A stretch of 59,293 nucleotides of DNA, counting the filler, from Sphacelaria rigidula (Eukaryota), in NCBI GenBank assembly GCA_964200075.2. It is 8 parts of 8 records of this genome, joined end to end, with 100 filler letters (N's around TTAATTAATTAA, not from the genome) between each part and the next. Parts side by side here need not be neighbours in the genome. Positions count along the whole stretch, not along the records: positions 37,124 to 44,447 come from CAXNAA020015444.1; positions 44,548 to 51,870 come from CAXNAA020015445.1; positions 51,971 to 59,293 come from CAXNAA020015446.1; 5 more parts are not named here. One strand, written 5' to 3'. Positions 42,503 to 57,192 of this stretch are shown piece after piece (within the stretch, counting starts at the first letter, position 1; every line of letters starts with the position of its first letter). Both the position numbers and the translations under genes were made by a program. The notes under the pieces are model-generated. The model had not been told where the DNA came from, did not search any database, and saw nothing but the letters and a program-made list of their open reading frames with translations.

Positions 42503-44869
42503 GTGGGTGGTCATATGTTAGTCGTTCAGGAGAGAACACGACATGTTTTGTCTGACCTGCGCAGCAATATATATATATATATATATATATACCCTTTGAG
42601 CCCCACCCCATGTCAGTACTACCATTGTTGATGTAGTGTTGATAGTGTCTTTTAATTATGCGGCGGTACAAAACCAATCACATCAAGAGAAAGTGATGAG
42701 GCGCTAGTGACCAAAAACTGTCCTTTTTTCTAATCGATGAAAGAAGAAGTGTTCCGAGGGGAGAACGTGCCTAATCCAATGTTCAACTAATTCTAGGGAG
42801 AGGTGAACAAAACGAGACACAGGTGTACTGTTGAGCGACAGGGGCTCTTCCGGGATCAAAACGACCAGAGTATGGCCAGAAAAACTGTCGATTTTTTATG
42901 GTTATCTGGTTTTAGAGTAGGGAAACGTCTCGAAAACCCCCGCCTCTTCAGACCTCACTACACACAAAGAAGGCAAACCCGCGAAAAATATACACAAGCC
43001 AACGAGCGACTGGGAGAGTTTGGGAACCGCCAATACGTGGCAATGACAGGTAGGACTCATCTGTCCCCTCCAGTCACGGCTGGCAGCAACGTGATGAGGT
43101 GATGAGGGTCATGAGTCGCCAGCAACAACTACCGCACCCAAACTGGTGCGAACATGGACTCGGCTTGCACATCTCTCCGTACATATGCTGCACTGAGTGT
43201 ACTCTACTAGACGGGACTCGTGGCTTGATTCACTACCGCACGTCGTTTCTGCCCTGATATTTTGAGCTATAGCCTCTGCCAGACAATATGGTACGTCTTT
43301 GTATCATTTGGCTACAGAGCTTAGAGTCACGCCTGTCGGTAATAGATACGGTGAGGAATAGATCTGCATACGTGGGACTGGGTTCTACTGTGCGGTGCTG
43401 TGCTTTACTTCTGGACAAGTATTGTGACAGATCTGGGATATATGTTTAGGCTGCATGCACTCTTTGTACGTGCGTGGCTGATTTCGATCATGTGCGTGAT
43501 CCTCCGCACTCACGACCAGACAGCAAGACACGATTTTGGCTACTGGTGAGACTGGGATTCGAATGAGTCAGCTGTGGGATGGTGCTCAGGTTGTGTATTC
43601 AGGTTGCCATTGTTGCCCTCTTGTCGAAATCACCTTGTTCCTATACCGTGTCTGAGTGTGTCCTACAAGATACTTACAGTGTGTGCTGCCGGAATTTTGT
43701 GCGAGCGATGGCACTGGCATCCACAGATGAATATTACAGCGTTGTGTTCCGTAGGATATGCATGTCGTACAGTAACTCGTACGAGCACCCCGGTGTTTTC
43801 TAAGGGTATGCCCTGACCCCGGGTAAGGGTAAACGTTACGGAACCTGCAGAACTGTCGGGTACCGGTAAAACCAGGGTAGATACCGAGGTATACCTGCAT
43901 CCCGTCCAAAGAGGGCAAAAAATAAGCGAATACATGCCCTATACCGCAAGGAGTACGCGGCATACTGATGAAATGCCACACTGAGGTTACCCGGTAGAGT
44001 TCGCATTGATATGCATCCAAGTCGGAGCGCGTTGATGATGTGTATCAACCGCGCATGCCCACGTCCCAAAAATCAACATGAAAAATAAATATTAACATAA
44101 GTGAGACGGGAACCGGTCACCGTAAAACCCTGATCTCCATCAAAACTAGAAACTGAGTGTGGGGGTGATCCATTCTGAGAGTCTGCATTGCGGTGAATAT
44201 TTCGATTTTCCACTTCACGGTACCCCGTAACCCGTCAGCGCACTAAATTTACAGTTTTCCATTCTTCCTATGTGGGTGTGTTGTGTTGAATGAACGAAGG
44301 GGGTGTGTGCGTCATCATCACGGCAGATTTTCAGATGGTGTCAGGACTCAACCTATATCCGTGCCCCCCCCCCCCCCCCCCGGGGGTATAACCCCTACCT
44401 GGGGGGGGGGACACCCCCCAGGCGCGGTTGACGGGGGGGTGTCTGGGNNNNNNNNNNNNNNNNNNNNNNNNNNNNNNNNNNNNNNNNNNNNTTAATTAAT
44501 TAANNNNNNNNNNNNNNNNNNNNNNNNNNNNNNNNNNNNNNNNNNNNATAGTAGGTTAAATAAAAAGGAGGGTTAGCTGCTCTTTTTCATGTCTATGTCC
44601 GGGCTGTGTTATAGTAGGTACAATGTTATAGTAGGTACGATAGCGGTGGGGGGTATTTGGTTGCACGAAAAAAGAGGCTCATGAGTGTGTCAGTCATCCT
44701 TCCACACTTGCGCTGCGCTTGTATTTGGTTCCAAGCGGTGTCAGGCAGTATGGATGAGCGTCATTGACCCACAACAAACTTGTTCGAACAACCGTTGCTG
44801 CTTTCAACGACGACCTGACTCGAAATTTCGAGCAACAAATGGCCCAAAATACCTCCCCCCCCCTATCGC

Positions 44870-46158
44870 AGGATGACTCGAAATCGCTAGGCGACTCTCT
44901 TCCTACGAAGAATTTGGGTGAGGTCAAGTTCTTTCTTGGTTGCGTATTTATTGGCGACCGCGAGGCTGGTACGATTGAGATTTCTCAAGAAAGTTACATC
45001 AGGAATGTTCTCGAGAGATTTGATATATGCCGTGTCAGCTCGATCCCTGCTTCCCTTTCCAACGATAACAGGTCCTTGATGGAGGATGAGGGGGCAGGAG
45101 ATGTGCCGTTCCGAGAGGTGGTGGGGAGCGTGATGTGGATCGCCAACCAGACAAGGCCCGGCATCTCGAATGCTGTGTGGGTGGTGGCGAGGCACTCTCA
45201 CCAGCCAAAGAAGAGCCACTGGAAGGTAGCCCAGAAGATTCTGAATTATCTTTTGGAAACGGCACATCTAACTTTGAAGTTCAAGCAGGACAGTACGGTA
45301 GACGTAGGCGCGTTGGTGTAAGTAGATGCCGACTTTGCAAGCAAGGCCACTGACCGTGGATCAGTTTCGGGAGCGTTGGTTTTCGTGGCTGCCATGCTTG
45401 TAGTTTGGATTTCTAGGACGCAGAAATGCGTTTCACAGTCGACTTCTGAAGTAGAGTATCTTGTGGTGGGTGATGGTGTGAAAGAGGCTTTGTTTGTGAA
45501 TGGAATGCTTCAGTTCTTGAGGCCTAGTGTGAAGCCTCGTAAGATTGAAGTACTTGAGGACAATGAGGGTGCGGTTGCGCTTGCAGAGAATCCATTTAGC
45601 TCATGCAGGAGTAAGCACATTGACGTGAGGCACCATTTTCTTAGGAATTTGACCGAGGAGGGTGTGATTGGGATCACGCATGTTCCCGGCGAAAAACAGC
45701 ATGCGGACATCCTCACGAAGGCTCTTCCGAAATCTCTTTTAGAAGTTCACCGTGACTTTGCCCTTGGCTTGAGAAATGAGAAGTAGAAGTCTGAGTCGTA
45801 ATTTGGTTTCGTAATACATGTATTTGGTCTGGTAGATACAACAGCCCCAAGGGAGGGTGTTAGTGATAGCTGCTGTAGTCTCGTATATTTGAGAATTGCG
45901 AAGAACGTTCGCGGTCCTTTCCGTTGGTTATTTAAGAATACTCTTTGTGGATACTGCATTAGTCCGAGCATGGTATCTGTGGTGCGGGAAACAACCCGAG
46001 GTTTTTGTGGTACGTAAGGAAGTGCGTTGGTCCGAGTTCCATTGCTGGACCCATGTGGTTTCTAGAGTCTCTGGGATGTAGATGACGCGAGCTAGCCTAC
46101 CTCGCTCACTCCACTTTCCCGGCCCGTCTCTGCGGACCAAGGTCTTAATAATACAACA
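44870..46158 (+). mobile_element. Ty1/Copia LTR retrotransposon relic (RT C-terminus, RNase H, PPT, 3' LTR)
   Basis: NLGEVKFFLG...ISQESYI...PFREVVGSVMW...TRPGIS, then an in-frame stop at 45319-45321 before VDADFA...SKHIDVRHHF...ADILTKAL. The PPT AAGGGAGGG at 45849-45857 is followed by a putative LTR TGTT...AACA at 45858-46158. Confidence 0.9.
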
Positions 46159-49100
46159 ATACATCGTTTTCTCCAGAAGTCACGAGTTTATCAACAAGGT
46201 GGGGTACTAAAAAACAAATAATAAAGAAAAAACTCCCGTGTTGATCTTCCTTCTGTGTGACCCCGGCTGATGCGCCCACATATACCGGAAGGTGTAGACT
46301 GGCACCCAGAATAGATGAGACGACAGCTGTAGATATTTCTGTTAATCAAGGAAAGCGAGAGCAGGAAACCAAAGCAAAAAATCCACCAATCGCGCACTCA
46401 TTTGTGTTCCAGTACCTTGTATCATGATTTGCAAAATGGAAAATTTCTACGACCCAACCGTCAAGCTGGATTCAACAACAACGCAGCTGCGAAACACGAG
46501 AATACGCGGCAAATGCGACAAGACGAAAAACCTACAGCAAAAATTAGGTGGAAAATAATGGGAGAGTACGAGTACAGCACACATGAAAAGTACAACCAAC
46601 AAACATCAAAGAGCCCAATCGAAATAAAAACAGTATTACAATATTTCCGCACAACATCAATGCCACCACCTTTAGCTTGCTTGAGACCGAACACAGCCAG
46701 ACCTCCTTACATCATGACACCAAATACCGCACCCTGACGGACGGTACGGTCACACTGCTCAACTATATTCCGTCGAAAACAGGAACAAGCCGGGTCGGCC
46801 CAGAATGGGCATGTGTTACTGTGCTCAACAAGCTGAGCAGAAGCTGCACCACCTCGCGAGCTACTTCCTCTCGCAGGTCGGCCGTTGCTGGCGCATTTGG
46901 CCACCCTAGTTCATCGCGCTGCAGTCATTCCACAAGCGCGCCTGGACGGTTCAGCAAGATTAAACGTCAGTTGTCTTGGCCTTGGCGGGAAGTTTTGAGC
47001 TACGCAGGTTGTGAGTCAGCGGTGAAGATATAGCAGACTTTTTCCTGCCCGGCACCCGCGGCGGGCCCTATTCCATGGCATAAGAGAGCGATGACGCCTA
47101 GATACGGCACTAACACTTCGGCGGTGATCTTGCCTGCGTCGGTGCACGTCGTACTATGATAGTCGTTCCGGCCCGCTAGTAAGTACAGTAAAAACTGCGT
47201 TTAATGTTTTGGGTGCAAGAAAGGCGTTACACCGCGGTGCAGACGATTTCTACTGTCAGACAATCCACGTTAGACAAGGACAAATACGAAATGCGCGGCA
47301 GAGGAGTTAGCACATTGGTGGAAAGATTTCACAACACGTATGCCAATTTCTTTTTCGTAGGAACATACGGCGAAAATATCGTGACGACGGAGAAAAAAAA
47401 GTGGAGAAGGAACGCTTGCGGTACAGGGGCAGATCGGTGTTAAATACTTGACCATGTAATAGCATGTGCCAATTGCTTTGATATATAGTGGAGTGGAATG
47501 ACTGTTGGGTCTGAGGATTGTGCTACAACTTTTTGTTTTCGGTATGGGGACACTGACATAGCTTCAAACGAAAGGGCACGCAGTCTTGACCTTTGGAGAT
47601 ACTAATAGAACAAGTTTTGATGAGTGGGGTACGGCTCGCTGTCGCTTTAAGGCTATCGCGAAGAAAAATGTTCATATGTACGCGCGTACGTTGTCATGTG
47701 ATGAACGGGATTTGTTGAGTCACAGTAGTCCAATCTAAAGAATGACTTTAGTACGATGTGGTCGAGCATTGCTCGCAAAGGCAGGCACCTGTTTGAGCAT
47801 TGACCTGCATTACCGAGAACTAGAGTAACGTCACCGTTTTCCGGCGAGGCTCGTATGCTCCATACGTACATCGGGCGACTACAACGGATATTCGCGGAGT
47901 AAAGTGAAACTTCCTCGCGCTGACAGTTACCATATCCTTCTCCAAGAATGCTGGGCGCTGAAATACTACAGCATGGCTATCTCGAATACGCTTGCAACGA
48001 AGGGCCCGTGACGTCCGTCGCAAGAGTCCACCGCCTTCTTCGAAAGTGACTGCGGGTGAGATGGGTTTGCCTTCCAGGATCAGTATATTTTGTCTCCTCT
48101 CATGACTTCCTTGAGCTCACATGTTTTGTTCGTATTCAAAGGCACGGGCTCATTTGACACCTTTCAACTGCCGTCGGAAAGCTAAATGCATGCCGTATGT
48201 ACATGATATGCAGCGGGTGACCCTTTTGAGACCCTCCCATCCCATCCCCAGGTCAGACGCCCCGTTACCGCGCTAGGGCTCTCCAGACAAAGCTAGGCTC
48301 GCCCGACAGGGCATTGCGATTGTTGAGGCGTGAGAAAGAACGCGAGACCTGTCACTCCACGACCGTGGTTTTCACCGCCATTTTACACTTTTTACTCACA
48401 CTTGATGTAGTTTCTTGGCATACTCTATGCTACACCGGGAGTTGAGCAGAGCTTTTCATATCAAGCTGTAGGTAGGAAGAAGGCCATACCGGTTTCAGCC
48501 AGAGCATCAAGTGATCAATCATGCGCCACATTTTCGAACCTTGCAAGGGTGCGCAGATCTGGCTGTCGCGCATTTGACCAAATACGTACCAACAGAAAAA
48601 AAAAGGTATTAACCATGCATGAAAAGCGGCACTCCAAATTGACACCCCAGAGTTGTCCAGCACCGAAAGGGTAAAGCGCAGTCAATGGCTTAGAGCGCTG
48701 CTGTTCGCCCATGAAATCAGAATCTACAACAAATGCTACTTGTCAAAGTGTCAGATTTGATTACATGATATCTTATGATCTACACCTCAATTTCACTCAT
48801 GTGCGTCACACACCAAACCAGCTCAAAAATGTTTTCCGCTGCTTCAGTATCGTACCACGACACACTTTCAAGGATCTGATAGGACCACCCTGCAGTACAC
48901 TCAACAAATATCAAATATCACCCTTTCCACAGCGGACCAACGTGACCCCAACCCTAACCCTACAAGACTGCTGTGGCGTGTGAGCGGATGCCTTTAGAAC
49001 GGATTCTACGCCGATCTTTCAGAATTCTAAAATTAGAAAGGGCCGACAAAGTCGATAGGAAACTCGCATGATCACACCAAGTACACGTCGTCGACTGTGT

Positions 49101-49800
49101 AAAAAAAGTCACATTTTCCATCCCTGAACCACTCGGAAGTGAAAATCTCAAGTGACATCTCTATCGATTCAGGAACATAAGACACGTGAGAAAGAAACGC
49201 AATGTTAGGCATGTGGAAACCCTTGGACGGTATCTTCCGTTACACGACGCTGTTGAGAGTATAGTGGTCCGCGGCCTCTGTGTTCGTCTATACATGCCTT
49301 AGCGCAATCGCTTTCACCACCACCCTCCAATGGAAAAAAGTGACTGTGGGTCCAGGAATATCTCTTCTCACCCGTTTGTTAAAAGTGCAAGTTTGGCCAG
49401 AACCAAATCTGCGGCGTACGGAAAACGCGAAGGTGCCCTGAAACAGTCTCAACGAATGGGGCAAGTCATTCCAGGGTTGTCAACATCCGCCTCGCCCTCT
49501 TTTCGGGCGAAAAACGACAGATAAGGGGCTCAAAGTACAAGGGCACTTTCCACAAAATATTTTTTCTCGACACATGGGAAGTGGCCTTAACTGAGAACTT
49601 GACTGGTGAGTCTTGCCCTCATTTTTCGCCTGGTTGTATCTCAACACCGAACAGTAACTAGAATTTGGCGAGCGACAGGTCACGAGATTCCGTTCAGCAT
49701 CAGTGAAAACGGACTTCGGATACGGGAGAGCTCTCTAATGTACCGTCCAATCCAGGCAACGAAGTGCCATGTGCGGCGTATTTTCTCTCGTGGTAAGGGT

Positions 49801-49817
49801 GGTGTTGAGTAAACACC
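49801..49817 (-). terminator. Histone 3' stem-loop of H1 (GGTGTT-TACTC-AACACC)
   Basis: 6-bp stem and 5-nt loop, 72 nt after the H1 stop; 16/17 identical to the H4 element. Confidence 0.75.
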
Positions 49818-49889
49818 AGGAGATGTTGGATGCTTGTCCGGTGGGAAACGTCCGGGAGGGAGACGTGGTAAGACGCTGCGGCTCTAGGC

Positions 49890-50847
49890 TTAGGCTGCGG
49901 GCTTGGCGGCGGCCTTCTTGGGAGCAGTCTTCTTGGGGGTGCCACCCGTTTTCTTGATCACGATCTTCTTTTTGACCTTCTTCTTGGGGGTGCCGTCCGC
50001 CTTCTTGACTTTCTTCTCCGCCACCTTTTTGGGGGTCTTCTTCACTACCTTCTTCTTGACGGGCTTGTTCACCACCACTTTTTTCACGACTTTCTTCTTG
50101 GACTTCGGCGCCGGCTTCTTCGCCTCGGCCGACAGCTTGTACGAGCTCTTCACCTGTTCCCACGTCAATCATTTGCAGTACAAAGTTAGACGAACAAATC
50201 GGCATGTAATCGGGAATGCTGCTTTGCCACGCTCACGCGCCCCGTCAACACTCGCGTCTCCTCTACACCGCGAATGAAGAACCCAGGTGTTACGGTAGTA
50301 GGCTGGTCTCATCATTCACAGTATATCACGCACGACGTTCATCCCCCACCAACGACTTCACATGCTCACCTTGATGAACTTCCCTGACTCGGTGCCCTTC
50401 TTGAGAGCGGCGCGAAGCTGGTGAGGCGCGAACTTGGTGGCGAGCTCGGGGTGGGTGGTTACCATGTACTTCTTTATGGCGGCGAGGCTGGACCCATTGC
50501 GCTCCTTGAGAGCCTTGGTGGCCTCGAACACCATCTGCGATTCATGACACACGAACAGCACACAGCCGACATTCCTCACTCAGCACTTCCACCATCGGCA
50601 AACGGGCGGCAGGTGCAGCAATCAACAGTACTGCACAGCAGCTCCACTCGTGGGAGGGTCGTCAGACCAGGCGGATGCACTCGTGCCACACTCGGGCGAT
50701 GGCAGTCACTTCTGCTCTCCAAGCGACGTCTTGCAAAGTATTTGAAAGATACAGCCCAAAACTCTCTCCGCAATAGTGCCGCTTGGGCGCAGGTGACACC
50801 ACAAACATCTCACTCATGATCAACCTCACCTCATTGTAGCTGGGCAT
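49890..50847 (-). CDS. H1: Histone H1 (148 aa, three exons)
   Basis: Exons 50847-50830 (MPSYNE), 50534-50370 (MVFEATKALKERNGSSLAAIKKY...KKGTESGKFIK) and 50153-49890 (VKSSYKLS plus a K/A/P-rich tail). Introns are GT-AG, phase 0. The protein has an H15 globular domain. Confidence 0.93.
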
Positions 50848-51481
<634 letters not shown>

Positions 51482-51561
51482 GCGCTGCACCCCATTTTAC
51501 ATCCTAGTCAGGCCCTGTCTCTCTGGAGCAAAGGCATCACCCTGACGAGCCAACGAACCCT

Positions 51562-51578
51562 GGTGTTTACTAAACACC
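51562..51578 (+). terminator. Histone 3' stem-loop of H4 (GGTGTT-TACTA-AACACC)
   Basis: Hairpin 80 nt after the H4 stop; matches the H1 element. Confidence 0.75.
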
Positions 51579-51620
51579 CCCCACCTCATGAGAGGAGATG
51601 CACTTGGCTCCATACGGTGT

Positions 51621-51673
51621 AGACGCGGGCTTCCACACGGACGCAGGCTTCCACACAGACGCAGGCTTCCACA
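51621..51673. repeat. 18-bp tandem repeat, three copies
   Basis: GACGC(A/G)GGCTTCCACAC units. Confidence 0.8.
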
Positions 51674-53137
51674 AAAAAATTTGATGAGGGCGTGTCTTCG
51701 CACTTTCTTTTCGATCGAAAAAGTGCGATCGAAGTTTTTTCTGCCTGTCTGATAGGTCCAGCGTATGCATTTCCCTCGAAGGCTTCAACTCAACACTACA
51801 ATTAACAGCCGATTTTCGAAAATGGGGTTGAAAAAAAAAATGAGGTTCAACTCAAAAGCCGTGCTTTCCCNNNNNNNNNNNNNNNNNNNNNNNNNNNNNN
51901 NNNNNNNNNNNNNNTTAATTAATTAANNNNNNNNNNNNNNNNNNNNNNNNNNNNNNNNNNNNNNNNNNNNAGAAAAAGCTCCTGTGTTGACCTTCCTCCT
52001 GTGTGCCCTCGGCTGATCCACCCACATACACCGAAAGGTGCAGACTGATGCCCAGAATAAATGGGACGACAACACACACACAACATTACGTGATGCATGT
52101 AAGATATCGGTTTATATCGGTGCAATGCGCAATTAAATTACTTAAATTCAAATTGAAATTAATTATATATAAGGAGTGATAATAATTATTAAATGATTAT
52201 ATGAACACAAAGGTTGGGTTGGGGTTTGGATTATTGTTTTTTGAACAAGGGGAAGGCAATAGTATAATAAAATATAATATAATTAATGTTAGTTAATTAA
52301 ACATACATGATTGCTTGAGGATGGAATGGCAATGCTGTTGGAATGGGAACTGATTTTTATGTTTTGGACAAGGCGAAAACAATATGCCATACAGTGCGCG
52401 ATATCTCTGACGGCTGCCTATTGCCTACACAAAGGAAACACGAGGTATGTCAGAATTTTTTCACCGAGGTGAAGTTTTGACGCGATGAGCGACTCCCAGG
52501 CACCTCCATCCTCGGCAGTGTTATTGCAAAAGAATTAGTGCTATAACGGTGGAGAATATCGGATCTGGATCGGCACGTGCTTCTCGTAACGAGTGGGGGG
52601 TGGGAGGTAGCTAGCGGTTGGCGTGATTTTGTTTTTCATCCCGTGTGTACTTTTTTTGTCTCTATTTCTGGCGTGCGCTTACAGCTACACGTCGATATCC
52701 TACCCAGGGATATCAAGGGCCTCTTCTACCACAGGAAGCACATTGGGCCTCGAATCGTTCCCTGATTGACCGCTTTTCACTCTCAAGCATATCCTCTACT
52801 CTTTTTATAACACGAAAACATTGTAATTAGCCGTGGGAAAGGCGTTCATTCTTGCTCATCGCTAGTACAATGCGTGGGTAACGACAACCTTTCTCATTTC
52901 ACTCTTCATTTCATATTTGTGTATCTGGCTCGTGATACGTGACCCGAGGCTCCACTGCCCCTTTTAGGCATGCGCAGCATGCATGTGGGGAGATTTGAGG
53001 AATGTTTATCGCTCGTTTTCCTCGAAATCCGTCTGCAAATCGGATATCCGCCACTTTTTTCAATCCGCGGATTGATCCGGATAAGACTGCCCGAAATCCG
53101 AAATCCGCTCCGTTTGAATTTCAAACGGAGCACGCTT

Positions 53138-53257
53138 CTAGTTTTTACGAGATGATGATATCTTACTCTTCACGAACAGCACTACAACAACAGTACACTA
53201 GTTTTTACGAGATGATGATATCTTACTCTTCACAAACAGCACTACAACAACAGTACA
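53138..53257. repeat. 60-bp tandem duplication
   Basis: CTAGTTTTTACGAGATGATGATATCTTACTCTTCAC(G/A)AACAGCACTACAACAACAGTACA twice. Confidence 0.9.
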
Positions 53258-56159
53258 GTATAGTACAGTACACTTCTGCCTTCAAGGGCAGCTGTATGTA
53301 GGGTGGTTTGGTGTCGAAGAGCACTTAACCGGGCTACAGCGTTATTGCTGGATTGTACAGTATGGAGGCACGGCATCGCTCTCAAGTCAAGCCAAAACGA
53401 AGTGCAGTATAGCTGTGCGCGGACAGACGCACTGAAAAAGGTGGGGCGAATTGATGTATTCTGGACAGCGAAGCAAAGGCACCTTCTGTTATGTCGTTCA
53501 TTTATTATGCATTTTTCCCGGTTGGGGTTCAGGAACGTCACTACTCGTACGACCGAAAGGTGCGCGGGGAAGCCTACCAATCAACGGCGACCAACACCCC
53601 GCATTTCAAACCTGTTCACATGCTGACCACGAGACACCTTGCCCCCCCTACTCTGTGCCCGATAGCCGAGGCCACAGCTCTCAGTAAACCAGTACTCGTA
53701 CATGATGTGCTCGGCGATCCGTGTCAATTTGCAACAAACTGAAAGCAGAGGTGCTTGTTTGGACACTCCCAGCAGGTCGATACTGGCCGTATTTGAAAAC
53801 AGATCGCAGCACACCTTCACGGAGATTTCTGGTGCTCGCCCAATACCGCATCGTCTCCATGAAACAAGTACCTCGTGCGGAGTTGGGGCCATGGCTAGAC
53901 GTCTGCGGAGTAATGCATCTAGCGCGAGTATCTGTAGCTGCTAACGCACGCGTTGAAGTCGAACACGCGTATCCAGCGGTCGCACCTCGCCTACATGGAA
54001 CCAAGGCATCCCTTTCCTTCTCTGATTGATGCCGTGGATTTTCGGCTTGCTTTTTCCTTTCGAATTTGCTGCTTCTTTTGGAACCTTCCGGTAGGACGTG
54101 AAAAATGCTCGGACAAGAAGTCGAAAGACTGGAGCACTATGGAACAGGAATCTGGATAACGTGGACCTATCAGGGTGAGTTTTTCGTGTCTCTTGCCCCG
54201 TGTTTTTGCTTTAAAAAAAAACGATGACGTGTCACGCCCCGATCATTTTTGCTATGCCCTATTCATTCTCCGTACCAAATTTTGAAAGTCCAACTCTCAA
54301 AATTGAGCTTAGGTGGCGCATTTTAGGAACCGAAACGGGGGAAATTTGGAACAGTATTTTCCAGGCCATTTATTTACCGGCCAAGGTTTGGTGCTTGTGT
54401 TTCGAAATCTTGCGTGGGACCTCGCTAGGCCTTAATGAACAAAAAAAACGGGACATGTTGAGTACTATTTCTTCTTCGCTTGTTCAGGACGTTCTTGTAC
54501 AGTGAAGACCATACTTTCACGAGAATGTCCGTAGCTCTCGCATTAAAATATCAAATTGAAGGCCGATACTTGCTTTTCCTTTCGCATGCCTTTGCGATTC
54601 TCCGTGATGATGAGTCTCAAATCACAATTGTAAAAATCGAGCTGAAAAACTGAGATGAGGTGCGAGAGCTTTGTCCATTTTCCCTAAAAACTCCAGTATC
54701 AAAACGAAAAAAACAAGAGAAAAAAATGGGGAAGAAACTGAGGGAAAAAAAACTGTTTTTTTTCTCGTTTTATTATGCACTACCGTAGCAATTCTCAACA
54801 CAAGATTTCAAAGCACAACCCTCCAAAACTGAGACGCGATATTCAGATTTAGTGCATTTAGTGCCTCTGCTCGTAATATATAGATTTTAGTATTCAACCT
54901 TGTGTTTGCCATATCTCAAGGTATACCGATCGCTTCCCTGTGCTCCAGGGAATGTTCACACTAGAAATCACCAGCATCCGCTGTATATATCGTTCGGGGT
55001 TCCATATTGACTATAGTATAGACGCTATCTCCGTACGGTAAAGGAATGACTAGACATGGGATGTCATCAAGAACAATGGCCCAGACTTTCGAGTAGATGG
55101 GTACCTTCCTCTTGATCAGATGATAAAAACGATATGCGGATCACGGCCCAACTCGTCTGTGCCGGTGAGATATTGCTTTTAGAGCTTAGATCAGCGTCCT
55201 TACCGGCCCAGCTCAGCTCGTAACATCCCTGTCTAATCCAATTTGCCTTACGACGGCGAACTTCCTGTGTCAAAATGGCTTCTGGGTTGAGTCAGTCCCC
55301 CACCGTTTTCCCGCTCCACAGCGTTTCGCGTTTTCCGGATGTCACATTACATTATGACAATGTATCGCTGACCAGTAGTATGAAAACATGTTACAAAACA
55401 GATGACCCGAGGAGTAGGTGAGAAACAAGATATGCAACGCAAAACGATTTGTTCTTCTCTTTTTGCTTGAAGGAAGGACGAGACCTCACCCAACACTTAC
55501 CCCGCGAACCCGTTAAACAAGACGTGCAGTTTACCTGGAAACTCTGTCACTGTGGTGGTAGACGGTAGACGAATGGCATCATAATTGATTGATTTCTCAT
55601 TTATGCCAAACGTGCAATGCACGGCGCGCCTTGACGACAAGCGAGCCTTGCGAAACGGCACACCAAGCGTCACCCGTCGTACTGCCCCTTTCATTCACCT
55701 CCCTCTTCTCGCCCCTCTGCGTCGTTCGCACTGAAACACACTCGCTGCTCGATTTGCTTCGGTTTATCTTCAAGTGCCGGGAACGCGCTATGCAAGCATT
55801 TTCGCGCGCTGCGTCGAGCTTCTACGATATGTATTGAAGATCCGTCAGGCTCATCGGCGTCCTTTCAAGTGTTCTTACTCTTTGCGGCGTCGTGTGTGTT
55901 GTGTGTTGTCGGAAGGTGAAATCTTCGATGCCTGCCTTTTCAACCTTTGTGGCCGAAGGAAACTTGTATTCGCGTGTATGAAGGAGTAGAGATAGCGTGT
56001 AGCGTGGAGCGTATTTTCCAACCTGCGTCCAGCATGTGAGCGATGGTCATTTCCGTTCTTCGCCCGACCGTACGCGTTCCGATGCGTACCGTTCGTTGTA
56101 TAGTGACAGCGCGTTTTGAGAGTGGCTATTACAGTGTGTCGCGAAGGCTGTTGTTGCGT

Positions 56160-56975
56160 CCCGACGCGAGGAAAAGACAAGCGCCCAGAAATGCATATGC
56201 GAGTGGATCTTGGGAGTGCCGTGTTTGAGCGTGTTTGTGCGTTTTGAGAGCTTCGAGGATCCGAGAGGATTGGTAGATGTTCGATCGAAGCGCTATGGGT
56301 GCATCGATTCGATTCGATGTGTCCAGGTTTTCCTCGCCGTACACCGTGTGTGGAGACACACACGACGCACCGCGTTCGAGCTGCGAGGTGTGACGCGTGC
56401 TGTGTGCCTCGATTCGATTCGATGTCGTCAGCCTGTGTGCGCCGTCTCGCGCGCTCCATGAGCCGCACACAGCGTTTCACGAACGCGGTCCGAGGCGAGG
56501 AAAAGACAAGCGCCCAGAAATGCATATGCGAGTGGATCTTGGGAGCGCCGTGTCTNNNNNNNNNNNNNNNNNNNNNNNNNNNNNNNNNNNNNNNNNNNNN
56601 NNNNNNNNNNNNNNNNNNNNNNNNNNNNNNNNNNNNNNNNNNNNNNNNNNNNNNNNNNNNNNNNNNNNNNNNNNNNNNNNNNNNNNNNNNNNNNNNNNNN
56701 NNNNNNNNNNNNNNNNNNNNNNNNNNNNNNNNATGTTCGATCGAAGCGCTATGGGTGCATCGATTCGATTCGATGTGTCCAGGTTTTCCTCGCCGTACAC
56801 CGTGTGTGGAGACACACACGACGCACCGCGTTCGAGCTGCGAGGTGTGACGCGTGCTGTGTGCCTCGATTCGATTCGATGTCGTCAGCCTGTGTGCGTCG
56901 TCTCGCGCGCCCCGTGAGCGGCACACAGCGTTTCACGAACGCGGTCCGAGGCGAGGAAAGACAAGCGTCCAGACC
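56160..56975. repeat. Tandem repeat of about 330 bp around an internal gap
   Basis: 56277-56510 recurs at 56734-56970, and GAGGAAAAGACAAGCG-like anchors recur three times. The N gap is at 56556-56733. Confidence 0.75.
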
Positions 56976-57124
56976 CGCGTGTATGAAGTGATGATTGCCC
57001 TTCACTAGTAATGCAAATCGTGTGATTCCGCTGTCCATTAGACAAGAGTGGAGTATTCGGGAAGTAGGCGACGCGGATAGGCGGTGCTTCTTCCGTCGGA
57101 GGTAGATTCGGAACGTGCGTCCCT

Positions 57125-57131
<7 letters not shown>

Positions 57132-57191
<60 letters not shown>
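57132..57191. repeat. (TG)n microsatellite
   Basis: About 30 TG units. Confidence 0.95.

Positions 57192-57192
<1 letters not shown>

Noticed and set aside
55875-57038. 387-aa ORF
   Set aside because: It spans an N gap and a tandem repeat. The duplication may partly be an assembly overlap.
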